From Dimorphilus gyrociliatus (taxonomy: Eukaryota > Animalia > Annelida), in contig CAJFCJ010000011.1 of assembly GCA_904063045.1 (NCBI GenBank), forward strand, positions 248,001 through 312,000: a stretch of DNA of 64,000 bases, written 5' to 3'. Below the pieces are notes generated by a model. That model saw only the letters and a list, made by a program, of their open reading frames with translations, searched no databases and was not told the DNA's origin. Both the position numbers and the translations under genes were made by a program. Each line of letters starts with the position of its first letter. Positions within the stretch are counted from its first letter, which is position 1. Of the stretch, positions 26,009 to 39,360 are shown in pieces.

Positions 26009-29000
26009 ATGTCGGATTGTGATTCCTGGGACGGCCAAAATAAAGTTCAAGAGTTAGCCTCGACTTTACATGATGCCAATAGAAATTTAAGAGCCGTTGA
26101 TCGGATGCTTGGAGAATATAGAGAAGTTACTGATAGGCCTACGGTAAGAGATGCTGTTCTACATGCAGATGACCTGAATACATCTCAGGTGGGTCGAAAA
26201 TACCCTACTTGGCCCTAAACCCTTTCAAAGCCTAATTCAATTCACGTATCGCCAGCTTCACTTTTTTTTGTTATCGTTCTATTATCTCTTTATAGTCAAT
26301 ATTACTCTTCTTTCGGTTTATGTTGACAGTAAGTAAAGTAAATTTTCAATCAAATGAAGCTCTTACCAGTCAAATTCTCTAAAAGTCACGACTTATAGTT
26401 TATTCCATAATTACTATTTGCATTTTGTTAAACACTAATCGTTATAGGCCTAATGGATATTTTTTGTTGAAAATTTGACAGCGAAGGCGACCCCATTCAG
26501 CAGGCGTACGATTCGACGATTCTATTCCTGCAAGCCCTATCAGACGACTTCAACAATCCGTAAGAGATTTAGCAACCGGTCAAGCAAGATTAGAGCAAGA
26601 TTTCCATGATGAGGTTACTAAGAGACGACCTCAAAGCGCGACAACTGGAGACAGCGAGGTAAATGTATGTAAATGAAAAAACAGATCAATAATATTTAAT
26701 TGAAACTAAAAATATGATTATTTACTCTACAACTATTTTGTTTTTTATATATAGCTGGGTTCGCTTAGACGCCAAATACAAAATCTGGAGGATGAGCTAA
26801 GAAACAGTCGTCAGAATACTCATTATAATGATGTAATGTCTAATATTTCCCCTCAGCTTCGTGAGGTAGTTTCTTTCATATGATTCCTTTTGACAAACTC
26901 TCTTTTAACTGTTGCGTTGACTATAAAGTTTCAAGATAACAGGCATGTAGAAGCAACACAATCTTTAAATTCTTTATAACTAACTATTTCATACTGTTTT
27001 CTTTTTCCCACTTCTATTAGTTTGGTTCATTATCCTTTAGATTTGTTTTTAATATATTAGATAGTTTGACGTTTATCGAACGCTCTTAAAAAGATATAAA
27101 TAACACTTAGCCTTTATTAAATTAGGGTTTTGGAACTCCAGTGCTGTAGATATTTTATATTAATCTTTTAATAATGTCTATTTTTAGATAGATTAATTAT
27201 TTTTTTATTTCTCAACTCTATAGGCTCTCAATCGCCGACCAAATCAAATGGATGAAATTGATAACATTAAACGCCGTTTAGAACAATCAGAAGCTTCCAG
27301 ACGAAATTTACAAAGTGAATTGGAACAAATAAAAACTCGTCCAGAGCCTACTCGACGATTGGAAGAGGAAGTTCGCGAATTGAAAAATCAATTAAGTCGT
27401 TCAACAACGTCTGTAAATGAATTTGGTTCGTTACAAAAGGAGTTGGATTCCTCAGAGAAACAGAGACGTCAACTTAGCTCTCATTTAGAAAATATGGGTA
27501 GGGAAGTGGAAGAAAAAGAAAAATTTCAAGCCAAAATTATCCGCCAATTGCATACAGCTAATGAAAAATCTGAGGAGGCTGATAGAAGGTGCCAACACAC
27601 ACTCCTACAGCTGGAGGATGCTGTCCGACAAATACGAGACTATTCATCAAGAGTTGACAGTGCTGAGAAAGAGACAAACAGCGTTAGACAACAATTGGCC
27701 GAAGCTGAAAAAAGTAAAGCCGAAGCTGCAGCTTTTGCTTCTCATACTATTAAACAATGGAAGAATAAAGTAAGGAAAATGGAGAAAGAGGTAGATGGTT
27801 ATGCTCACACGTCTCACGAAGCTACGAAACGTTGTGAACAACTTGTTAGAGAGCTAGAAAGTATGAGAGGGGACTTGGGTACTTACAAGCAACAAGCGGA
27901 TAGAGCTAAGGCTGAGTTGGCTCATGTTTTGGCTGCTAGAGCTGCTCTTGACGAGGCTGTGAGAGCCAAAGATATAGACCTAAATGAGAATAAAGCTGCT
28001 CGTATAGATGCTGAGAAAGATGCTAAAGATTCGCGCTCAATAGCTGACCGCCTTGAAAGGGAATTGCATGCTGCCGGAGAAAAGATATCTCATCTAAGAG
28101 AGGAAAGATGCAAACTAGAGGACCACATTAATGGCTTAAATACAGGACAACAAATGGCTCATTCTCAATTACAATCTCTTCATAAAGAAGTTAAAGAGTT
28201 GGCGGCTTGTCGAATGGAGCTAACGTCCCAATTAGCTGATGCGGCTAAGCAAAGATCACATCTACTGCGTCAGGTCGAAGAATGTCACTATAGATTTAAG
28301 AAAGAGCAAGATGAGCACAAAGAGCAAATAATTTCAATAAAAAATGAGATAGATGAAAAGAATGCTTACGAGAAACGAATTATGAAGCAAGAGCTAGCCG
28401 AGGCTAACGCAAGAATCCAAACACTTCGAATAGAATTAGAAGAGGAACGATCCAATTCGGCGGCAGTGCGTTCCACCATCGATGGTATGAAAGCAGAGAT
28501 TGATAGGTTACATACAGATTTGGAGCATTCCGATAGAATGGCAGAAGAATCTAGGAAAAAGTACTACGAAGCTAGACAAAACTTTTTAAATAGCGTAACA
28601 AATGAGGAACATTCAGAAAATCGAGAGATGGAACGTATGCTAATGCATGCGGAAGATAAACTACACTCTGAAAGGGAGTATATACAAGAATTGGTTAGCT
28701 CTCTAGCCGCCGAGCTAGACGATCTTCTCTTAAATCTTTCGAAACGTTTCTCGTCTTTAAAACCACCGCCTTCTACTTTAGGCTCTTCTAGTGATATTTC
28801 TAAATGGATACAGGAGGCGAAAAGTTCCTTATGCTGGATTAAGTCAGAAATTGCCGCTAATTTCGTACAACGTCCTAAACATGAGGAATATACAGTATCT
28901 AAACCGGCCCCACCTTTAGAGCCAGTTGCTCTTCAACCTGCTGAAAAAGAAGACTCTATTGTAGACGAATTTGACATTAATTATAAACGCCAACTTATCC

Positions 29001-29151
29001 ATGATAGATACGAAAAGTAAGTATCTTTTTCTTCTTTTCATATTTCCATTATGTTTCTCAATTTACATTTAGATTACAAGAATTAGTGACGTCTTTGAAG
29101 TCGGAAGTTGAAGAAAATAAAAACTTTGGCTTAGAATCAATTAAATATTAA
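26009..29151 (+). CDS. CEP128: Centrosomal coiled-coil protein, CEP128-like
   Basis: N-terminal KVQELASTLHDANRNLRAVDRMLGEYRE matches the conserved CEP128 N-motif as I recall it. A long coiled-coil exon spans 27248-29017, and the last exon ends ..GLESIKY-TAA at 29151. Confidence 0.75.
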
Positions 29152-29153
29152 AC

Positions 29154-29176
29154 AAGAAGAAGAAGAAGAAGAAGAA
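29154..29176 (+). repeat. (GAA)n microsatellite just after the CEP128 stop
   Basis: aagaagaagaagaagaagaagaa. A similar tract lies near 47880. Confidence 0.9.
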
Positions 29177-29883
29177 TTTAAAAATTAAAGTGTGCAATGG
29201 CTGTTTTCTAATCTTCTATTTTTATATAATTTTTATTTGAAGTGCCAGTACTCAGTATTTTCATAAAAACCGTCCGAACCATGAAAAAGTATTGGTTCAT
29301 ATAGAAGCAGATAAAAGATAATATTCAATATTTTTTTTATAGGATACATAAGCTTTTCATTAATATTTAGCTTACATGTCTCCCCGCCCACTCAACATTT
29401 TATCCGCAAGTCCCCCCTCCCTTTACCGCCCACTTAATACTGCTTAATAAATAACTTTCTATGCAATACTTAATAAAATTAAGTAGTTTTTACAAATAAT
29501 TCATATTTTTTATTTATAATAATAATAATATATGATTATTAATATTTTGTTTGTTTATTTATTTACATAATTATACAGTTTTTCCTGAATTTGTGCTAGA
29601 TTCACTTTACCGTCCAAGAATCTTCCCTCTGTGTTTTTTTGTTCCTTTTTTTAATAATATAAAAAATAAGGTTTTTAGATGAATAATAGAGATTTTATTA
29701 CAATACATTTAATTAATATTTATAAACTCTTTGCTGCGTTTGTTTGTCAAAGTACACAAAATTTATTTTTTACGTTTGGCCTACATTTTCACATTTTTTG
29801 TTTTTTTACACACTCTATCATTATGGTTTTAGGTAACAGGAAATTTGTCGATGGATTAGTTTTGTTTGTAATGATAAACTGGA

Positions 29884-31653
29884 TTAATTGATAACTGCTA
29901 ATCCAGATCCGAATGTACCTAATTTCGATGTACTTGTCCAATTTGATGTTTCCATTGATGAATTTAATGTTTTAATTATTGTTCTTTCAGAGTTATAAGT
30001 ATTGTCAGCAGACGAGGTATTGAAGCTACTACCAACGGCTGAGAATGACTCTCCGCTACTGCATGAACGACGAAAATCTATTGGTGAAGTTGAAGTCGAT
30101 ATGAGCCTTTTCGACGTTGTTAAACTACTTATTTTTCTCTTTAATTTCGACGATGCATTGTTATTACTCGCCATTTTAGAAGGATATAAAATTTCTGTGA
30201 CAGCTTCGTCAGCCTCCTCTTTAATTTTCTTTGACTTTAAACGAGTTTTTAAATATTCAATCAACCCTTTCGAAGCCATTAAGGTTACAATACCGAAACC
30301 AAGAAGAAGAACGCCTAAACCTATAAGAGACACTGCTCTACTAGGTTGGAAAAATAAATCTTGATTTTCGTACTCTTTAGACGACCTTATTTCTTTGACA
30401 AGAGTATTAGTAGTTAATTTTAAACATTTCGAGGATAGTATAGCTCTATTTAAGGAAAATAAGAAAGGATTAAATTTACTTGATTATAAAATAAGTATAA
30501 TCCGTCAGAATTACTTTGTATACTTGAATCTTTTGTCCATTTTACAAAGAAAACAAGAGTTGTAACTATTTAAAGGTACAATGCAAGTAGAAGACGATTC
30601 ATTTTTTAATCTTCTCACGAGTTTTAATTTGTTTTTGTTTGAACAATGAAATATTTCTAAATTATCTCTCCTCTCAACAATCTCTGGTTCAACCGAATGA
30701 CAACCTCGAGATTTACATGTTACGTTATAAAAGAATACTCCACCTATAACAGTATGTGTAATAATTGGTAAATCAACTTCTTCCGTTGAATTTAAACATT
30801 CAAATGTTTTTGATGAAATGCTAAGATATTCGTTTATCTTCCATTCTCCTTTCGGAACTCTTAGGAAATAGTCATCTATATTTAAATTAATCTCTACAAG
30901 ACATTTTCCATTAGGCTTTTTCCATAGGTCATTCAAGTCGTAGATGGCATTACCCTTTAAACTTATAGTCACTTTTTCATTTTTGTTGCATGTTGTTTGA
31001 ATAGTCCTTAGAATGTTTCTAATAACCTTCCATTTACTGTCATAACTCTGTCTCAACACGAATTCTTCACCCAGTTTATTTTGAATAGACATTATTCCAT
31101 TAAAAGAGAGATAATGTAAAGAGGTAAGGCTCTTGAATGGAAACTCTGATAAAGATACAAAAGAATTATAACCAAGATCGAGAACTTTAAGAGATCTTGG
31201 TAAATGTTTAGCTGGTAGTATTATTAATCCACAATGGTTAAGGACTAGCTTCTCTAGTCTTGAGAATTGGTCCTTTCTGTCGGTTAACAAAATATTTGGG
31301 ACAGTTTCAAACTTATTATTAGATAAGTCTAAACCAATAATCCTATTACATGATGAATAATTTGTAAAACATTTTAAAAATATTGAATTAAATATTTTTC
31401 TATTAAAGGACGATGAAAATTTAAAGGCAGACGAAAAATTTAAAAATATGTCCCTAGTTTCGTTAGATTCTTTGTAAAAGAAATTTAAAGCATGACATCT
31501 TTCTAATTCTCTTACTGTAAGAGATGGAATCTTGTCAAATTTGCAATAGATTGTACCTCTAATATTTTTGCAATAATGATCGTCACTACAAAATAAATAA
31601 ACTTTGTTTAATAAAAATGATAGAGTGATAAAAATTAATAAAATTTCTTTCAT
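29884..31653 (-). CDS. Single-pass extracellular LRR protein with a Ser/Thr-rich cytoplasmic tail and no TIR domain, 2 exons
   Basis: Signal peptide MKEILLIFITLSFLLNKVYLF. LRRs IIGLDLSNNKFETVP, LEKLVLNHCGL and LKVLDLGYNSF. An intron near 30456-30513 joins in frame to TM SLIGLGVLLLGFGIVTLMA. Confidence 0.75.
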
Positions 31654-31989
31654 ATTCTTTTTTTTATTATTTTTATTCTTGTTATTGTTTTATTTTCAAT
31701 TTGAAATAATAAACATAATATGTTTGATTTTAGCTAGTTAATTAATACTTCTTTTAAATATTTACGCTTTGCCGCCAAATCTGCAGCCTAACGATAATAT
31801 GTGTAATAAAAACAGTTGGTTGTCTGCTAAAGTGAAATTGGAAAGAATTCGAGGATTTCTTGAGTATTTTTAAGCACAATTGGTAAAGGAATAAGATATC
31901 ATAAATTTAAATCGAGATTAAATAGATAAATCTTCGCACTGTTATGAAATATTTTACAACACTCAATATTAAAGGTAAATTTCATAGTC

Positions 31990-33730
31990 ATGTCTGAATT
32001 TGAAGAAGTATTCGAGTTTTTAAAGAATAAATCTCACTATTTAAGTCAGGTTAGTTGACTACAATGCTAAACTTTCTATTCTTTTATGAACTAATAATCA
32101 TATTATTTAAAAAAATAAAACAGTGGCCAGAACTACAAAGAGCAACTGCAGATAATGATACACCAACTCCGGGTTATTTACTGCCAATCATAGCAAGTAA
32201 GTATATTCCTTTTATTGAAAGAACAGCCAGCTAAATGAACAATTTTCTCAATAGAATTGTCATTTCATTCGGGAGTTCAATGTAAAAGTTTAAGTTTATA
32301 TTTTGAAGATCGCCTAAAAGTTCCATCTTGTAGTGTGAAAGTAAAAACTTTAAAACTAATAATCTTTCTGTTGGAAAAAGGTCATAAGGATTTTAAAAAA
32401 TATATGCAAAAATCGTTAGAAATTGATAAAGCTACAAAGTTTAGTGGTCCCCCTGATCCTCTTCATGGGAATGCTCCATACGAACTAACAAGAAAACTAG
32501 CAAAAGTATTGTTACTATACTGTACATATTTCAATTTATTAATAATATAATATTTTTAGGAAGCACAAGAGCTCATATTCAGTGATAATTTTGTAGAAGA
32601 CGAAAAAGATAGATCAGTGGATATGTTCAAAACTTCGTATCCAGGTCTGGGATCTACCAATGTTAGTAATTCATCATACAGCGGATTTGGAAATACAGTA
32701 TTAGATAAGAGTAATTTAACAACATTTTATTTCTGCATGCTATCTTCAATCATCAATAATATGTTTTTCTATAAATAGAATCAATAAGTCAAAGCATAAG
32801 CGAAGGTGTATTGGATTTAGCAGAAAAACTGAAAGGAAAATTGGAGGGTCCCGAAGAAAGGCATAAATTTGAACCTACCGAAACCGTGTACTTTAAGCCT
32901 TTACCCCTGCCAGCTCATACATATTGTACGGAATCAACTATAGAATCATCCGCGTTTGACCAATTATCCAGTAGAGAATTTATTCCTGGAAAGGCTTTAG
33001 GGGGCTGGGGAGATGATGAAACAGAAGAAGATACAACAGAAGAAGTGGTATTCTCTCAGAATGAATTAGAAGAAAGGTTTTTAATTTTCATTAGTTATTT
33101 CAAAGCGAGAAGTAAGCTATGAACTATATTTTAGCACTAGCAGCAAACAAGACAGAGAGGAAACTATTCTTGTTCAGAACTTCATTAACAGGGATATGCT
33201 ACCAACTCTTCAGGAAATTCGTTCTTTTAACCAAAAGTAAGCCTAATTTGCAAATGTTCTTTTGAAATTGTTCACGGTGAAAAAATCGTTTTTTACAGCC
33301 TTATTGATAAAGATATTGGTATAGTTTTGCAAGAGGTCAACAGTCAGTTACAAAATAGCAATTGTTCATCTGTTTCACTAATGGTACATATATATATTAA
33401 AACTTGTTTAAACAGTTAATCTACTCTTTTTTAATTCTCTTACTTTACAGTCTGCACTCTTGATAGTTGAATTCATCATACGAGAAGAGAATTTGCCAAT
33501 AGATAAAGTCATAATGGTTCTCAAGGAAGGATTAAATTATATTATAGCAAAAACAAATGAAAGTAACGTTTATCATAAAACAAGAAAGGTTATTAGTTGT
33601 TTTTCTCGAATTAATAATAACAGTAACAAAACTTATTTTCTACCTATTTGTTTTTTAGATTATTTTAATCCTTCAAAACTTAAGCAACGAACAGTTTTCA
33701 ACAAGTGAAAGTTTGTCCAGAAAACTCTGA
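31990..33730 (+). CDS. TEPSIN: AP-4 complex accessory subunit tepsin (ENTH + VHS-like)
   Basis: ATADNDTPTPGYL..., SCSVKVKTLKLIIFLLEKG, FSGPPDPLHGNAPY and GFGN motifs. Spliced end ..SLSRKL-TGA at 33730. Confidence 0.88.
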
Positions 33731-33981
33731 TCTTTCAAAACTTACTTTAAAGAGTTCTTTAAATTATAATAAACAATAAACAAATAGGAAAGCTCTTGTT
33801 CATACATATACGTTCACTTTTAGAATACATTATTCAAAGGTTAGGCTGTTTTAAACGTAATATCGGCAGAAATGACTGGTACCGTCTTCCCTGACCATTT
33901 CAATCAATTCTAACAAATAGTGAATAAGTATCGTACAATATCGTCTGCTAAAATTTGCACTATTACAATTACTAGATCAGG

Positions 33982-34996
33982 ATGGCTGTTCGATCGCACG
34001 TGTATTCTAATATTCTTAGACCCTTGTATCGGAGCGCATTAAATTTGAATACTATCTACTCAGCAAATGGGTAAGTGACGAATATTGATAAATTACTTGA
34101 AATTTTTGAAATCGTGACCAATACTTTAGAAAGTTATTGAACTATTCAATGTCATTAGCTTTGCATCATTCTTAACTTTTTCTAACAAGAATATATATTT
34201 GACTAAGTTGGCCTGAATTTAATATTTTTAAAATTTATAGTAAAAGTCGTCTATTTTCAACAACGACGGAGGCTCCCTTGGAATCACAACAATCGAATAA
34301 TGGCGAAAACACAGAAAAAACCCAAGTAGATGATGTTGAGAAAAAATTCGAAGAGGAAAAGACTAAATTGATGGCACAAGTGAAAGATGTTGAAGTTTGT
34401 TTTAATCTTTCTTTTATAAACTAGTATTGTATCAAGCCTTTGCAGGATAAATATAAACGTTCTTTAGCGGAGATGGAAAATGTAAGGAATAGATTAACAA
34501 AACAAATAGCTGATGCTAAAGTATTCGGCATTCAAGTATGAATTTACTTTATATAGTGATTTTATTATACAAATCTTATTTTTCCTACAGTCATTTTGCA
34601 AAGATTTACTAGAAGTTGCTGATATTTTAAATTCGGCAACTGCCGCAGTTCCCAAAGAAGCCCTTGAAAGCGACAACCAACATTTAAAGAGTTTGTTTGA
34701 TGGTTTAACGATGACCGACAAGCAGCTACGTAAAGTTTTCACTAGGCATGGTTTAGAGCCAATAGATCCTGCGAAGGTGAATAAATGAAAAATTCTAAAT
34801 AATTTACTTAATATAATACTTAACGTTTTTTAATTCAAAGGGAGAGAAGTTTGATCCTAATCTCCATGAAGCACTCTTTCAGGCTCCAATAACTGAAAGT
34901 GAAACTCCTGGCAGTGTTGCAGTAGTAACTAAAACAGGATATAGGCTACATGAGAGAACTATTAGACCTGCTTTAGTTGGTGTCTATAATAAATAA
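33982..34996 (+). CDS. GRPEL1: Mitochondrial GrpE nucleotide-exchange factor
   Basis: Transit-peptide-like exon MAVRSHVYSNILRPLYRSAL, then DKYKRSLAEMENVRNRL, FGIQSFCKDLLEVADIL, GEKFDPNLHEALF and GYRLHERTIRPALVGV-YNK-TAA. Confidence 0.93.
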
Positions 34997-35357
34997 AAAT
35001 ATGTTAACTTATATCTATGAAAAATATGAAATTTACGAAACTTTTTTGTTAATGCCACAATATTTTGGTTTCATTATTTTGTCAATTTTTTTTCTCGATT
35101 ACATAATATCAATACATAACTTGTTTATAACTTCTTATATAATATGTAATATATGTAAAATATTATTCATTAAAAAACTATAAATCATCAGCATTTTGTC
35201 TGAGTTGTGTAATCGTGTCACTGGAAAGATCTTTGAGCAGTTACACTCGCACAGTGAATAGTATACACTAAGCAGTTAACATCTAACACTTTACTGAGTC
35301 TGGTGACATTCATTAAGCTCTATTGACTAGCGTGGTGTAAAGTTATCTGATAGCAAA

Positions 35358-35645
35358 ATGCCTCGCTTAAGCGATGATGAAAGAAGGCAAGTTCTTCGAA
35401 TGATATACGAAGACAAGAACAGCGTCAGAAAGGTCGCCGCCTTCATGAAATGTAGTCCAACTACGGTACAAAATCTCAAAAAGAAGTATAAGAAGTATTC
35501 TTTAATTCGCGACAGACCACGATCAGGCAGACCAAAGAAATTTAATGAAAAAGATGGCAGTTGCATTTCAAGTGACAAAGCGAACAATTCAAATCTAGCT
35601 GTTCAAGAAACAATAACAACGCCAATTAAAGAAGAAAAATCGTAA
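35358..35645 (+). mobile_element. Tc1/mariner-type N-terminal HTH DNA-binding domain ORF with no DDE domain
   Basis: ERRQVLRMIYEDKNSVRKVAAFMKCSPTTVQNLKKKYK..IRDRPRSGRPKK is an HTH plus GRPR-like AT-hook. The ATG-TAA ORF is intact (95 aa) and no TIRs were found. Confidence 0.65.
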
Positions 35646-35945
35646 AATATTTATAACTGTGTACTATTAAAGTTTTGTTTATGATCGAATACAAACATTA
35701 TCTATTATTAAATAGAAACTTTTTATCCGTAATTTCATAGCTTTTTAAACATTTCGTTTTAACCTTGAAAGAAAGAAGGTCAAATAGTGAGATTACTTTA
35801 TATATATATATATACATTTATATATATATTAGTATATACATAGAAGAACAAATTGAGCACTTTACACTTCAATTAATAATTGTTAATAAGTGTCATTAAA
35901 TAAATTTAAATATTATTCATTATATAGTTATTATACAATTAACTT

Positions 35946-36561
35946 ATGAAAAATCAACAATTGTACACAAAACCAACATGTCTACCGCAATTAACATTAA
36001 CAAACTTTCATAAGATCACCATTTTAATTACTTGCGCATTGTTATCCATACTTTTATTAATTGTCTGTTGTTTTTGTATATTTTGTAATTGTTGCGATAA
36101 AAGAAAACATCAAGTTATTGGGGGAAGAAGATATCTTTTAAGAAAAATGAAAAATGTCTCTAATATTCGGAGAAAGAATAAAAAAATGGATATTCTAACG
36201 GAAAAGAATCACAATTATCATATTCTTAAAGTTAATTTTACAGATGAAGAAGTAAGATTATCTCTCTTCTTAATTGTTTATAATAAAGGCGCTATTATAA
36301 TACTTTAGGCGGAAGACAGGAGAAAGAAAGTAGAGCAGATTAGAAATGAAGTTTTTAAGGAAATACCTTTAGAAGAACACGGAACTAAAGTATTTACAGA
36401 ATTGTTATGTGTTGTTCTTATTACTACAAATTATTTCTTTCATTTATCAGACTCTTCTACAATTGGCAAGAATATGGCGAAGTGAGAAAAGAGCTGAAAA
36501 GCAATTTTTAAAAGAAAAGATTAAATTAAAATCAAATCATCAAAATATTGACGTTCAATAA
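35946..36561 (+). CDS. Small single-pass membrane protein with a juxtamembrane Cys cluster and basic tail (possible TMIE-like), 3 exons
   Basis: TM ITILITCALLSILLLIV followed by CCFCIFCNCC. Two short GT-AG introns keep the frame to ..NIDVQ-TAA at 36561. Confidence 0.6.
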
Positions 36562-36883
36562 TCAAATCTTATGAAAATTTTAAGATCGTGTTAGCTGTTT
36601 ATTTAGTCGATTTATTGTATTAACAACGTTAAATTCCGCCCGCTTTCCCCCCTATAAGCTATGGACACTGTATAGTAGTAGTGTATTTCTTCTCACGTGT
36701 TTCGAAAGAAATAAAGTAATTGACAAATACTTTAAAGGACTTTTTTATTTTAGAACCATCAGCTTCCGAGTATAAGACAGATATTTGGAATATTCTGCTA
36801 ACACTTTATGCTCTTTTCAACTTGTGATTTGGCGCAGATTTTTTATAAACTTGAGCGATAATTCGGTATATTACGCCGTAAAC

Positions 36884-39360
36884 ATGCAAGCATGTTTCTG
36901 TAGAAGTAGTTGTAACTCATTACAAGAAATTTTGTTGCCTCCAACGTTACTGGAACGTTTAGGGATCGAAATAGGCTCTCCAGGAAAGATAATTTTTAAT
37001 AGCGTTGAATTTTTAGGAACTTTATGGTCCAGAGAAGATTCTGCTAGTGTCATATGCATTCATGATTTGGTTAGAAAATCAACAAACGTTCATAAACTAT
37101 TGACTACACCGGATGAAACTCCCATACAAGAGAGTAATCTTACAGTTTTAAAGTCAGTGAAGATCACTAAAATATCTGTACGAGTTGTTTTCAAAACGAT
37201 CGAAGATGTTCTACCTTACATCTCGGTGGTAGGGAAACAAACGTTAGCTACTAGAGTACGAGGCATTTTATCAGATATTTATATCAGTGCTGGCTATACC
37301 ATTAAAGCTGCGGAATTGAAAATAAGCAGTTTACTAAGTATTCAATTTATAGATATTTTGACGTGTAATGCAAAGTCTGAGGAATCTGGGATTATAACCC
37401 AAAAAACCAATATACTTATTGACAGTATTATATCAGAAGATCAATACTTGCAATTGAGTAAAACCAAAACTAAGATAGGAGGCTTAAAGACCGAACGTTA
37501 TTTATTAGAAGATCTTGTAAGGCTTTGCAAGGAACGAGATAACTTTTTGCCTAAAACTGTTCTTCTAAAAGGTCCAAACGGCTGTGGAAAAACAATGTTA
37601 GTAGAAGAGGTTGCTAAAAGTTCCAAGAGTCAATTGATTAATACTTTAGCATCTTACTTGATTGGATCGCATCCTGGGGAAACAGAGGAGAATATTTGTG
37701 AAATTTTTCAAAGATCTTTAAAATATAGTGAATACACTGTTTGCATTTTATTAATTGAAGACATAGATTGTTTATTAATTGCTAGAGACAGTCAGAGTAG
37801 AAGATTTGTTTCATTGATTGATAGTCTAATGGAAAAAATTAGGCTAACATCTAATATACTATGTATTTGCACTACGTCGAAGGCAAATGAATTGGTCTAT
37901 CTACCAAAGTTCGATAAAGAGGTTCCATTTTAGATACAAATTTTAATATAGTAATGTTAATTTTTTATTGAACTTCAGATTTTGATTGGAATTCCTAGAT
38001 TGGAGGAGAGAATATCAATTATACAATCAATATCGGAAAGTAAAGGAATACATATGAATTCAGATTTACAATACTGGCTAGCCGAAAGAACTAATGGATA
38101 TTCTGGTGCAGATATTCAGAGTATATTAAACAGCTCTATAACCAAAGGAAGTTTGCAAGAGGCTCTCAATCGTTCAACACCAACAAGTCAAAAAGGTTCT
38201 GATGTTCTAACAGATTCAAGACCAATAAGTTGGAGTCAAATTGGAGGTTTACAAGAAATAAAGGAATCACTACAACAAATTATTGAATGGCCTATTAAAT
38301 TTAGAGACCGTTTTAGAAATTTTGGTGTAAAACCACCAGGGGGAATCCTTTTATATGGTCCTCCTGGCTGTGCAAAGACGCTCTTAGTTCGTGCAGCAGC
38401 AACCTCAGCAAATGTTACATTTTTATCTCTTTCAGCCGCCCAGTTATATTCACCATTTGTTGGAGATTCTGAGAAAAAATTAAGCGAGGTGAGCTATAAT
38501 TGGATACTTTTAAACTTCAAAAATTGCAAAAAGATTTTTCACTATGGTCTTCAAGGTATTTCACCAAGCTCGAGCAGGAGCACCCACCATTTTGTTTATA
38601 GATGAAATAGACGCCATAGTTGGAAGTCGAGATGCTGGTTCCAAGCAGAGCGCTCACGAAAGAGTTCTTTCAACATTATTAAACGAATTAGACGGTATTG
38701 GTATGAAGAGAGAGCAAATTCAACGTTCGGAGGAATCAAATGTAAAATATTTTAATGAATAATATTCAAATATATTGATATAAACAATCAAATTAAAATT
38801 TCTTTTGTTTCTAGTCATTAGAAAGAAGCGTTATTTTGGTGGCTGCTACTAACAGACCGAATAAAGTTGATAAAGCACTGTTAAGACCTGGTAGATTTGA
38901 TCGACTATTATACGTACCACCTCCAGACTATGAAGTAAACGTTCTTTAATAAGAAAATTTCTTAGAAATTAATAGATTAATTGAAAAATTTTAACTATAG
39001 GCTAGAAAGTCTATTTTGGAAATTCATACGAAGAAAATGAATTGTGAAAATGTAAATATAGAATTCTTGGCAGGTATGACGGAACTTTGTACTGGGGCCG
39101 ATCTAGAAAATCTATGTCTAGAGGTATCAAAACTTTCATTAGTTAATTGGAGACAAATTATAGTAAATTATCTCTTATTGGTTTTATTTTATTGAAAACA
39201 GGCAGCTCTAATGTGTTTAACTAAAGAAGGATCCGACGCCGATAAAGTTACTTTGGAATATTTTGAGAAAGCCCTGGAAAATGCTAGACGGTCGCTGACA
39301 CCAAAAGACATCGAGTTCTATAAGAACCTCGGACAGGCAGACAAGTGGGCCTCTTTTTAA
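36884..39360 (+). CDS. SPATA5L1: Double AAA+ ATPase SPATA5L1/AFG2B
   Basis: D1 GPNGCGKT. D2 [36 protein letters not shown] and [22 protein letters not shown]. Probable ATG at 36884; TAA at 39358-39360. Confidence 0.87.

Noticed and set aside
1-34996. Bacterial contamination or recent HGT (PEP-synthase-like, PrdX, GrpE genes)
   Set aside because: All have spliceosomal introns and eukaryotic neighbours. GrpE has a transit-peptide-like exon, and PRORSD1 is a normal eukaryotic gene.
7207-39360. Cluster of hearing/mechanosensation-linked genes (TRPA1, GRXCR1, TMIE-like, SPATA5L1)
   Set aside because: The association comes from vertebrate phenotypes, the genes are interleaved with housekeeping genes, and the TMIE call is tentative.
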